This document shows positions 39,313 through 47,849 of a DNA stretch of 64,000 nucleotides, one piece after another. Both the position numbers and the translations under genes were made by a program. Each line of letters opens with the position of its first letter. Positions within the stretch are counted from its first letter, which is position 1. The notes below the pieces were generated by a model. It did no database searches. It saw only the letters and a program-made list of their open reading frames with translations, and was not told the DNA's origin. The stretch spans positions 1-64,000 of IMG/VR virus record IMGVR_UViG_3300021399_000008; one strand, given 5' to 3'. Source of the DNA: a virus. Taxonomy: Duplodnaviria > Caudoviricetes.

Positions 39313-39388
39313 GCGGGAGTGGCGAAATTGGCATACGCGGCGTACTCTAAATACGCTAACTTTGAGGGTTCGAGTCCCTTCTCCCGTA
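39313..39388 (+). tRNA. amber suppressor tRNA (anticodon CTA) on a Leu-like body
   Basis: GCGGGAG/CTCCCGT acceptor, GCGTA-CTCTAAA-TACGC anticodon arm, TTCGAGT T-loop. Confidence 0.9.
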
Positions 39389-39419
39389 CTTACATAAAGT
39401 ATTGGGAAATTCGAAGCGA

Positions 39420-39475
39420 TTTCAGCTTCCAGAATTACGTAAAGAACTTATCAGCTTTCGATCTGGAAGCGAGAT
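39420..39475. repeat. dispersed palindromic element, copy 1 (copy 2 at ~45539-45595)
   Basis: GCTTYCAGA...GTANAGAACTTATCARCTTTCGA-TCTGGAAGC shared by both copies. Confidence 0.8.
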
Positions 39476-39548
39476 TCGATAAGTTTTTCTCCAGTAGTTC
39501 TGGACAAACTGGAATAAAGGAGAGAAGGAACATAGAACAGGAAAGAAA

Positions 39549-39577
39549 TTTACAAAGGAATCTCTGCAGGTTATAAT
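39549..39577 (+). promoter_or_regulatory. sigmaA-type promoter
   Basis: TTTACA-17 nt-TATAAT. Confidence 0.75.
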
Positions 39578-39753
39578 AAAGAGACTTACGAGAAACAGAG
39601 AGGTGGTTAACATGGTTATAAAGCTTATTTTGTAGACTGAACACACCTTAACGTATGACTGGTCTTATCGATCCCGCTGCAGAGATTCAGAAAGGGAAAT
39701 AAGAAGTGAGTAATACGTTAAAGGAGAGAAACTATGAAAAGGAAACGGTGAAT

Positions 39754-40554
39754 ATGGAGAATAATGAAAAGCTTATTATCGATGACTACGGAAACGGAAG
39801 ACTGGACTACATCGACAAGAGTAAGCTGAGATCAGGAATGCGGCTTCTCACATATCGTGAGGGCTGGATGGTTGTGATGCGGGATGTGAATCCCTTAATC
39901 TTCAGAGACAGAGATGTATTCGTTCTGGAAGACTGTGTGAGACCTTTCAGCGAGTGGAACGATGACCTGACGTTTAAGAACAGAGATATGCCCGGGTACG
40001 ATGTCGTAGCTGCGTGCTCGACAACAAACCTTGGCGAAGTAGTAAAAGGAAACCGTGATATCTACAAACAGGATGACGAGGAATGTTTCTGGAAGTCCGA
40101 CCTTGTGAAAGAGGCAGCTGTTGATCCGCAGAAAGCATACATGTTTGACCTGAAAGGATCACTAAGAACAGGTGACCTCGTGGAATTAAGGAACGGTAGA
40201 CGCTATGTTGTAATGTATAAGGTTTACGTCGGTGAAGTAGATGACGATCTGCCTTTCCATGTGCCGAACTACAGCGACCTGCTGATTGAACTGGAAGATC
40301 CAGACAATACTGTAAATCTTTGCCAGTATCAGACCGGACTCTGGCATACATATGACCACGATCTCGATGTTATGGCTATCGTAAAGCTGTCTTCTACAGA
40401 CTTCTCCGTGATGGGTAAGCTGAAGGATAAGAAATACGTAGATAAACTCTTCGAGGATACATGGTGGCGCAGAACACCGGAGATTGAACAGGCATTTAAA
40501 GACTGGATAGACAGGCAGGATTCCGATATTACGGATGATTACCTGCCGTTCTGA
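39754..40554 (+). CDS. hypothetical protein with two tandem LR(S/T)G..V.LR.G domains
   Basis: internal duplication visible. Confidence 0.8.
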   Translation: MENNEKLIIDDYGNGRLDYIDKSKLRSGMRLLTYREGWMVVMRDVNPLIFRDRDVFVLEDCVRPFSEWNDDLTFKNRDMPGYDVVAACSTTNLGEVVKGNRDIYKQDDEECFWKSDLVKEAAVDPQKAYMFDLKGSLRTGDLVELRNGRRYVVMYKVYVGEVDDDLPFHVPNYSDLLIELEDPDNTVNLCQYQTGLWHTYDHDLDVMAIVKLSSTDFSVMGKLKDKKYVDKLFEDTWWRRTPEIEQAFKDWIDRQDSDITDDYLPF

Positions 40555-40750
40555 AACTAAATAATTAAGAGGAGTAGCCGTAGGAAACTGCGGCTACTTT
40601 TTAATTTATCTCTACCAGAGGTGTAACTATGAAGTACAACGTAACGAGTATCGAGAACTACCTCGACAGACTGAACGAGGAAACAGAAGAAGATCAGCCT
40701 TTCTACAAAGACTAGTCTGCTGAGGAAGTAGAAAGGGAGGAGGTGGAAGA

Positions 40751-41035
40751 TTGTTCGAAACCGTTCTTGAGTACTTCGACGACAGCGAGTGCCGGGTCTA
40801 CACGAACGAAAGGAAAACGATAAACAGAGTCCTCGGGTTCGCTGAAGAATACCCGGATAAAGTCAGACTGCTGAATGAACCTAAAGATAACGAAGGTTAC
40901 TTAAACGCCTATATCCCCAGAGACTGGGTAGTAATACGGCCTAAAACTACGAGAGAACTTACTGAAGAACAGAAACAGGCTCTCCGTGACAGGCTTAACA
41001 GTTACAGAAAGAAGGCAGAAACAGAAGATGAGTAA
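40751..41035 (+). CDS. phage hypothetical protein (RELTEEQK..L..RL)
   Basis: GGAGG RBS, TTG start. Confidence 0.75.
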   Translation: MFETVLEYFDDSECRVYTNERKTINRVLGFAEEYPDKVRLLNEPKDNEGYLNAYIPRDWVVIRPKTTRELTEEQKQALRDRLNSYRKKAETEDE

Positions 41036-41672
41036 CTCGCTGGAAGTACAACTTATCCGATATACTCCTGATCCTGACCATATCTGTGGTCTCGCAGCAG
41101 CCGAGTGTTATAGCTCGAACAATCCTTATAAAGCCCTGAAAGTAGCGATGGAAGGCGGTCACGAATCGGTAGCTGAACACGCAACCTTTACCTTTCAGAT
41201 TAAAGGTCTTTCGAGAACTGCTCTTGCCCAGCTTACGAGACACAGGCTGGCCTCATTCTCTGTCCAGAGTCAGCGGTATGTAAACATCACAGACAACGAT
41301 GTCGTAATGCCTGACAGTATTCCTGAGAAATACAGGGCTGACTGGGAAGAGATCGTAAAGAAGGCTGGAATTCTCTACGTACATATGGTCGAGGATGGCG
41401 TTCCGAAAGAAGATGCCAGGTTTATCGTACCGCAGGGAGTTACTACGAAGCTTACAATGACTATGAATGCCCGTGAGCTTCGCCACTTCTTCTCTCTTCG
41501 CTGCTGTAACAGAGCCCAGTGGGAAATCAGGAAACTTGCCTGTAATATGCTGGACCTTGTGAAACCTGTAGCTCCGATACTGTTCGCTGATGCTGGCCCT
41601 GCGTGTGTCAGAGGCCAGTGCCACGAGAAGAGGCCGTGCGGAAATCCCTGGCCTAAGCTGAAGAAGGAGTGA
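41028..41672 (+). CDS. thyX: flavin-dependent thymidylate synthase
   Basis: GHESVAEH, QLTRHRLASFSVQSQRY, EDARF, NAREL.HF..LR...AQWEIR. Confidence 0.95.
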   Translation: MSNSLEVQLIRYTPDPDHICGLAAAECYSSNNPYKALKVAMEGGHESVAEHATFTFQIKGLSRTALAQLTRHRLASFSVQSQRYVNITDNDVVMPDSIPEKYRADWEEIVKKAGILYVHMVEDGVPKEDARFIVPQGVTTKLTMTMNARELRHFFSLRCCNRAQWEIRKLACNMLDLVKPVAPILFADAGPACVRGQCHEKRPCGNPWPKLKKE

Positions 41673-42442
41673 GTCCAATAAGCATAATGAGCACAATGGA
41701 CCGTGGAAATAAAAACAGAAAAGACGTTAATAATTTCAGAAAGCCTGTTCCGGTTCTTGAGCAGCACGAATCTACTGTCCTGATCGGATGTTCTGTTGGG
41801 GTCTGTCCGAACTGTGGGTATACGCTGACGAGAAAGAGTACAGATAAGTACGTCCGCTACTGTCCCGAATGTGGAACCTGTATATCCTGGAATAACACTG
41901 ACGAGAAAAAGGAGACTGGTACTATGAATTCCGTAAAGAATACTAAGATTGCTCCTCCGTGGGTAACCTATAGAAACATGATGGTTGCTCTGTTTGAACG
42001 CGATCCTGATGTGGCGATCAGCGACGTATACAAAGACAACGACAACTACGCTGTCGATCTCGAAATCACGAAACACAGGAAGTATGAAGCTCTGGTTAAG
42101 CTGCTGCCTGCAAAAGTGGAATTCGGGAACGTTTGTCTGAAACTGTATATTTACGACGAAGAGAATAGCGTTGAGCCGGATCAGGCTGCTCTGTACCGCG
42201 ATGCTTTTGAGAACAATCCGATCTTCGACTATGTTGAGGATCTGACTGACGTCACCGGTACCCACCACTATTTCGTGATGTTCGAGCCTCAGGTAATCCA
42301 GTTCTATAACGATAATCTGCAGGATCCGAACGGTAACTGGAGTGGTTTGGCTCAGGATCTGGCTAAGGAGATCTTCAGGAACGTACAGCTCGGTACTACC
42401 TTCTCTACTGCTCCTGTTAAAGTTGGTGGAACTGAGAAGTGA
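41669..42442 (+). CDS. Zn ribbon fused to a phage domain (APPW..Y); possible internal start at 41924
   Basis: CPNC/CPEC; GGAG RBS before 41924. Confidence 0.7.
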   Translation: MSPISIMSTMDRGNKNRKDVNNFRKPVPVLEQHESTVLIGCSVGVCPNCGYTLTRKSTDKYVRYCPECGTCISWNNTDEKKETGTMNSVKNTKIAPPWVTYRNMMVALFERDPDVAISDVYKDNDNYAVDLEITKHRKYEALVKLLPAKVEFGNVCLKLYIYDEENSVEPDQAALYRDAFENNPIFDYVEDLTDVTGTHHYFVMFEPQVIQFYNDNLQDPNGNWSGLAQDLAKEIFRNVQLGTTFSTAPVKVGGTEK

Positions 42443-43002
42443 AACACCTCGAAAGGATTACTCCGAAAAGTATCGGGGCTTCGATGGCTATATCTCTTGT
42501 GGTTTGTGCTCTTCTTAAGCTGGGTAATCCAATTGGTCCTGTAATCTTCGCTCTTGGTCTTATCTCAGTCTGTGTTCTGAACCTATACCTGTACACAGGG
42601 AAGATTGGATTCGTATTCGAGGACAATCTGGATGGCTCAGATCTTCTGAAGATTCTGGCTGTGAATCTGATATCGGGATATCTGATCGGCTGCTTTATTG
42701 GAACAGCAGATCCTTCTCTTATTCAGCCAGCCTTAACGAAAGCGCAGACGTGGACCTACAGCTTCCCGTATTTTCTCCAGTCAGTCTTTTGTGGAATTGT
42801 GATGTATCTGGCAGTAGCGATCTATAAGAAGAAGAGTATGCTCGGGATTCTCTTTGGAATTCCGCTGTTTATCTTCTGCGGTTTTCAGCATTGTATCGCG
42901 AACGTGATTACTCTCGGTGTAGCTGGAACATGGAACTGGGCAATCTGCTTGTGTATCTTCGGGAACACAGTCGGCTCAATCCTGATGTGGCTGATCAGTT
43001 AA
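42439..43002 (+). CDS. formate/nitrite transporter (FNT)-like membrane protein
   Basis: LYTGK, NLI, FCGIVM.LAV, FIFCGFQHCIAN. Confidence 0.85.
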   Translation: MKHLERITPKSIGASMAISLVVCALLKLGNPIGPVIFALGLISVCVLNLYLYTGKIGFVFEDNLDGSDLLKILAVNLISGYLIGCFIGTADPSLIQPALTKAQTWTYSFPYFLQSVFCGIVMYLAVAIYKKKSMLGILFGIPLFIFCGFQHCIANVITLGVAGTWNWAICLCIFGNTVGSILMWLIS

Positions 43003-43012
43003 GGAGATTAAA

Positions 43013-43318
43013 ATGGCTAAAGAGGAAAAGTACCTGCATATCTGTGAGGTCTGCGGGAAAGAAGAGTATCTGACTGAGAAGGAAGCATATGAGAAAGGCT
43101 GGGATTACCCACCATATATTGGAACGTATGGAGTTCTCTCGCCCAGAACCTGTCCGTGTTGCACAATCGAAGATACGGCCTGGTTTGATTATATGAAGCA
43201 CCATTCCTTTGCTCAGCTGTCAGAGAAGCACAAGGAAACAGTCAGAAGAATCCTGGGAGAACCGGATAATCTGATCTTCCTGAATGATAAGAAAGGAAAG
43301 AAGAAGAATGGCACGTAA
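43013..43318 (+). CDS. Zn-finger hypothetical protein (CEVCG...GWDYPP..CPCC)
   Basis: AAGGAG RBS. Confidence 0.75.
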   Translation: MAKEEKYLHICEVCGKEEYLTEKEAYEKGWDYPPYIGTYGVLSPRTCPCCTIEDTAWFDYMKHHSFAQLSEKHKETVRRILGEPDNLIFLNDKKGKKKNGT

Positions 43319-44360
43319 ACTAGCCAGTATAGAAAAAGTCTGGAAGATAGAACCTATCGAAGGAGCCGACAATATCGAGCTGGCCCACGTACTTGGATGG
43401 CAGTGTGTTGTAAACAAAGGCCAGTTCAAACCGATGGATCTCGGTGTCTACTTTGAGATTGATTCTTTCCTTCCGATTCGGCCTGAGTTTGAGTTCCTGA
43501 GATCTTCGAGCTACAGAAACTCTGATATCTTAGGTGAAGGATTTAAGCTGAAGACAATGCGGTTTAAAGGTCAGCTCTCGCAAGGATTACTTCTTCCTGT
43601 CAGCCTCTTCCCTCAGCTCACCGGATATAATGTCGGTAGAGGCGTTGCCGAAGAACTCGGAGTTAAGAAGTGGGAGATCGAAGAGAGAGCTACGACTGGC
43701 GGTAACGTAATCGGAGAACTTCCGCACGATGTACCTCATACAGATGAGACCAGGGTGCAGCAGATACCTGAACTGATCGAAGAGTTCAGAGGACTTGAGT
43801 ACTATATCTCAACGAAGATGGATGGCTCGTCGCATTCAGTCTCGATAGACGAAGACGGACTGCATGTGACTGGCCACAACTATGAATACAAAGACGACGG
43901 ATCTTCGAGCTTCTACGAGTTCATTAAGTCGAATGGATACCTGAAGAGGATTCAGGAGTACAAGGAGAGGCACAATCTCACAGTAGAGACTCTTACAATT
44001 CAGGGTGAGTTCTGTGCTCCGGGTATTCAGGGCAATCCTGTAAAGCTTACGAAGCCTGAGTGGTTCGTGTTTACTGTCAGAATCAACGGGAAACGTGTGT
44101 CTCTGTATGAGATGCAGAAAGTCTGCGAAGAAGCAGGTCTTTCTACTGTCCCAATTGAGGAAGTAGGAATGGATCTTCCGTCGAAATATCCGACAGTTGA
44201 AGCGGTATTGGAACGAGCTGAAGGTAAATATTCTACAGGAGCCCGTAAGGAAGGTATCGTAATCAGACCTACAGAACCTGTGTTCTCCAGGACAATCAGT
44301 ACAAGTCTTTCTATGAAGGCTGTGAGTAACACATACCTTCTGAAAAAGAAAGGCGATTAA
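43308..44360 (+). CDS. ATP-dependent RNA ligase (DRB0094/Rnl2-like family)
   Basis: N-terminal RKLAS..I.PI.GAD.IE, motif I KMDGSS, QGE, EGIV, K.VSN.YL. Confidence 0.9.
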   Translation: MARKLASIEKVWKIEPIEGADNIELAHVLGWQCVVNKGQFKPMDLGVYFEIDSFLPIRPEFEFLRSSSYRNSDILGEGFKLKTMRFKGQLSQGLLLPVSLFPQLTGYNVGRGVAEELGVKKWEIEERATTGGNVIGELPHDVPHTDETRVQQIPELIEEFRGLEYYISTKMDGSSHSVSIDEDGLHVTGHNYEYKDDGSSSFYEFIKSNGYLKRIQEYKERHNLTVETLTIQGEFCAPGIQGNPVKLTKPEWFVFTVRINGKRVSLYEMQKVCEEAGLSTVPIEEVGMDLPSKYPTVEAVLERAEGKYSTGARKEGIVIRPTEPVFSRTISTSLSMKAVSNTYLLKKKGD

Positions 44361-44406
44361 AGTCAACAGAGTACCCGAAGGAGTAACTTCGGGTACTTTT
44401 ACTTAT

Positions 44407-44480
44407 GCTATCGTAACTCAGCAGGTTAGAGTGTCGGCCTTATAAGCCGCTGGTCGTGGGTTCGAATCCCACCGATAGTA
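44407..44480 (+). tRNA. tRNA-Ile(TAT)
   Basis: cloverleaf with anticodon loop CTTATAA. Confidence 0.9.
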
Positions 44481-44518
44481 CGAAAAAATAAAAACAGATA
44501 GTACGAAAAAATAAAAAC
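44474..44518. repeat. 22-bp tandem duplication of the tRNA 3' end and trailer
   Basis: GATAGTACGAAAAAATAAAAAC at 44474 and 44497. Confidence 0.85.
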
Positions 44519-44528
44519 GGAGGAAAAT

Positions 44529-44891
44529 ATGGGTATTGTAAACAGATACAGAATGAAGCCTGGTGTAACTCTGGATGACATTAAGCACGAGCTGCAGGAG
44601 AAGCACCTTCCGATTTCGACAAATACATCTTATATCGATGGTGGGCTGGATTTCTCGACTTTCAGTATGCTTGTTGATGAGATCTCTGTAAACATAGGTT
44701 TCCCTAAAGATATTTCCAAGTGGGACGACTATGAGCACATTGTTGTAATCGATGAAGATTTCCTGCAGCCTTATGGCCCGTTCTACAACATCGACGAAGA
44801 TCCGTTTATATATGCTCTGAACGTTGTTGGCCACTACAACAAGTTCATGGATTCGTTATCGTTTCTGGAAGAGGTGAGTTCGAATGGGTAA
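44529..44891 (+). CDS. hypothetical protein (DEDFLQPY.PFY)
   Basis: GGAGG RBS. Confidence 0.8.
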   Translation: MGIVNRYRMKPGVTLDDIKHELQEKHLPISTNTSYIDGGLDFSTFSMLVDEISVNIGFPKDISKWDDYEHIVVIDEDFLQPYGPFYNIDEDPFIYALNVVGHYNKFMDSLSFLEEVSSNG

Positions 44892-45516
44892 GTTAATTAC
44901 TTTCGAAGGTATAGACTGCTGCGGTAAAACAACGCAGATAAATCTTCTGCTAGACGACCTGACTGCGAAGTACGGTAAGAGCGCAATGTCTACAAGAGAA
45001 CCTGGAGGCTGTATTGTGGCTGAACATATCAGGTCTATTCTGCTTGATCCTGCTACTCCTCCGATCTCTGGGACAACAGAAGCTCTTCTCTTCGCAGCCA
45101 GCAGATCAGAACACTATAACCGTATTGTGAAGTACGGTCTGGAACACTGGGACTTCGTAATCTCAGACAGATTCTGTGATTCCTCTGTCGCTTATCAGGG
45201 TGGAGGAAGACAGATGGATAAGGAACGGATTATGCAGATTAATGACCTGTTCCTTGAAGGCCGGAGACCTGACAAGACTTTCTATATCAGGATTACACCT
45301 GAAGAAATGTACAGGAGAATGGCTGAAAGACATATGGAACAGCTTAAGGATAGGATAGAACGTGAAGATATCGCTTTCTTCCAGCGAGTAGTCAACACCT
45401 TCGACGAACTGGCTGAGTATAGTCCTGAGAGAATCGTTGTAATCGACGGAGCTCAGGATATCCAGACGATCCATTCTCAGATTTGCCAGAACCTTGAGGA
45501 ATCCGGACTCTTATAA
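44884..45516 (+). CDS. tmk: thymidylate kinase
   Basis: ITFEGIDCCGKTTQ, TREPGG, DRF..SS.AYQG. Confidence 0.95.
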   Translation: MGKLITFEGIDCCGKTTQINLLLDDLTAKYGKSAMSTREPGGCIVAEHIRSILLDPATPPISGTTEALLFAASRSEHYNRIVKYGLEHWDFVISDRFCDSSVAYQGGGRQMDKERIMQINDLFLEGRRPDKTFYIRITPEEMYRRMAERHMEQLKDRIEREDIAFFQRVVNTFDELAEYSPERIVVIDGAQDIQTIHSQICQNLEESGLL

Positions 45517-45743
45517 ATTACTGGAAAAATAAATACAATTTCGGCTTTCAGATTAAGGTAGAGAACTTATCAACTTTCGATCTGGAAGCCGATTTTATTA
45601 AAAATTCTACAGTAATTTACTGTAGAACCTGAGTAAGAATTCGTTTTTATTCCGACTCGCTACGGATAAATCCTCGCTCGTCGAAGCCTGTGGAAGGCTG
45701 GGATTCAGCTTTACTAAAAAGAATAGGAAAAGGAGATAATGAT

Positions 45744-46631
45744 ATGGCACTTGATATGTATAAGATTATTACTGACAGGATTCTTGAAGACCTGAAGAAG
45801 GGTGAGATCCCGTGGAATAAGCCATGGGTGAATACGAATGGTAATTATGTTGCCCGTTCCCATGAGAATGGCCGTGTGTATTCTCTCCTGAACCAGATGC
45901 TGGTCGGAATGCCCGGTGAATACGTGACGTTTAACCAGGCGAAGAAGGAAGGCGGCACGATTAAGAAGAACGCGAAGGCTAAGAAGGTTGTGTTCTTTAA
46001 GATGCTCGAGAAGAAGGACCGTGAAAGTGATGATGACGATAAGTGGATTCCTTTCCTGAAGTACAGTAATGTCTTCCACCTCGATGATACTGAGGGTGTC
46101 GAGCATAAATACGTGTTTACCGACGAGTCTCTGCACAACGACAACCTGAATATCGAAGAGATCGATAAGGCTGTGAAGGACTATGTAGACCGTGAGCACG
46201 TAACGATCAGGAACTATGAACAGAACAGGTCTTACTACAGCCCTGCTGAGGATGAGATTATTCTGCCTCAGATGTTCCAGTTTGCGAACTCTGAATCTTA
46301 TTACGCTACTCTGTTCCATGAGATGGGCCACAGCACTGGAGCAAGGAACAGACTCTACCGTGACTTCTCCGGCAACTTCGGAACGAAAGCCTACAGCCGT
46401 GAGGAGCTGGTAGCTGAGATTACCTCTGCTGTTCTCTGTAACCACTTCGGTATCGATACTGAGAAGGTTCAGAGAAACACTTCTGCCTATGTTCAGAACT
46501 GGATCTCCGTTCTGGAGAATGATACAAGGGCTGTTGTGTGGGCAGCAGGAAGAGCAGAGAAGGCTGTGAAGCTGATCCTGAATATTAAAGATGAACCTGC
46601 AGAAGCTGACGAGAAAGAAGGAGGAAACTGA
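45744..46631 (+). CDS. ardC: ArdC-like antirestriction ssDNA-binding/zincin protein
   Basis: IPWNKPW, YSLLN, TFNQAK..GG, YYATLFHEMGHSTG, YSREELVAE, Y.QNW. Confidence 0.9.
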   Translation: MALDMYKIITDRILEDLKKGEIPWNKPWVNTNGNYVARSHENGRVYSLLNQMLVGMPGEYVTFNQAKKEGGTIKKNAKAKKVVFFKMLEKKDRESDDDDKWIPFLKYSNVFHLDDTEGVEHKYVFTDESLHNDNLNIEEIDKAVKDYVDREHVTIRNYEQNRSYYSPAEDEIILPQMFQFANSESYYATLFHEMGHSTGARNRLYRDFSGNFGTKAYSREELVAEITSAVLCNHFGIDTEKVQRNTSAYVQNWISVLENDTRAVVWAAGRAEKAVKLILNIKDEPAEADEKEGGN

Positions 46632-46632
46632 T

Positions 46633-47281
46633 ATGGCAAAAGTTGAAAACATGTATAAGCTGGCTGAACTGTTCCTGAAGACTCTGGAGTACAGTACTCT
46701 TTCCGACACTATGAAGAAGTCTATGATTGACCGCTGGAACGAAGAGATCGCTGAGATTCAGGAAGGAGACAACCGATGAACAAGGCCGAATCGATTAACA
46801 GGATTATGGCTGGCGTAGCTGAGTACATCAACAAGGAACGGAAGAACCCTGTGAGTATTTACTACTTCCGTGAGACTGAGGAGAGTATCAGCGAATATGA
46901 CGACTTCTATGTTCGGTACTTCGGTATGTATCCAGGAAGAGAATGCGTGTACGTTACTGAGACTATAGACGGCAGTACTCGTCTTCTGTACGTACAGAAT
47001 GTTGAAGGTGACTCTGTACTGACAGCCGTGTACGAAACGATGAACCTGATCGCTGAGAAGTTCTGACTCAGAAGGAGAAACAAATGGGAGGAATTATTAC
47101 GCTGAAGATTTTGTTCTGGACACTGCTTGTGTTCGTAGTGATGTTCTGCTCCTTCGTATTCGGAGCGATGTACGGAATGACCGAGGAGACAAACTTCTTT
47201 AAGTTCTGCCGGGACTTCTTTCTGATGAAACCTAAGGACTATAAGTTTTTCGAGAAGGAGAAAGAAGACAGTGCTGACTGA
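46633..47281 (+). CDS. three small hypothetical genes (46633-46779, 46776-47066, 47084-47281, the last with a TM helix)
   Basis: each has an RBS; coupled. Confidence 0.65.
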
Positions 47282-47849
47282 CGGATATGTTCCATACAGG
47301 TTCTGGTGTTTTGTATCATGTGACGACGGAACAAGAGAGCTTGTATTCGATGAAATAATTGATCATAACGGAGAATGGGAAACCACGTTTCTGAAGGAAA
47401 TGTTTAAGGACGAACTCGAAGCGCGGGACGGAGATCTGCATATCAGTTTGAACTGCGTAACAGGAGGTCTTAGATGTTGTCTCGATATCTTCGACCTCCT
47501 TTATATGTATTCTCTCAGCGGAAATACTGTAACGGTTACAATTGAGAACTTTGTAAGCGGAGCTCCTGTCGTGATTATGATGGCAGCTGATTTCGTAAAC
47601 GCGAAGAAGACAAAAGATTATAAGTTCGGTCCGAGTATTCTCCTGCATGAGCCAAAGATGGCTATGTTCGGTTCTCTGGATAAACTGAAGAAAGACCTCG
47701 ACACATTTGCGGAGATGCGCGAGAACTATATAGAGAAGATCTGTGTGTTTACGAAGCTGAATAAGGCTGATCTTGTGAAGATGATGGCTGATGAGACCTG
47801 GCTTGACGAAGAGAAAATGAGAGAATACGGATTCATTACTGCAAGGTGA
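47271..47849 (+). CDS. ClpP-like protease
   Basis: LN..GG, Ser (VSGA), His (LLHEP), ETWL...M.EYGF. Confidence 0.75.
   Translation: MLTDGYVPYRFWCFVSCDDGTRELVFDEIIDHNGEWETTFLKEMFKDELEARDGDLHISLNCVTGGLRCCLDIFDLLYMYSLSGNTVTVTIENFVSGAPVVIMMAADFVNAKKTKDYKFGPSILLHEPKMAMFGSLDKLKKDLDTFAEMRENYIEKICVFTKLNKADLVKMMADETWLDEEKMREYGFITAR

Noticed and set aside
39219-39420. Theta (HDV-like) ribozyme after the tRNAs, as seen in other recoded phages
   Set aside because: I could not identify the nested double pseudoknot by eye; a motif search is needed.
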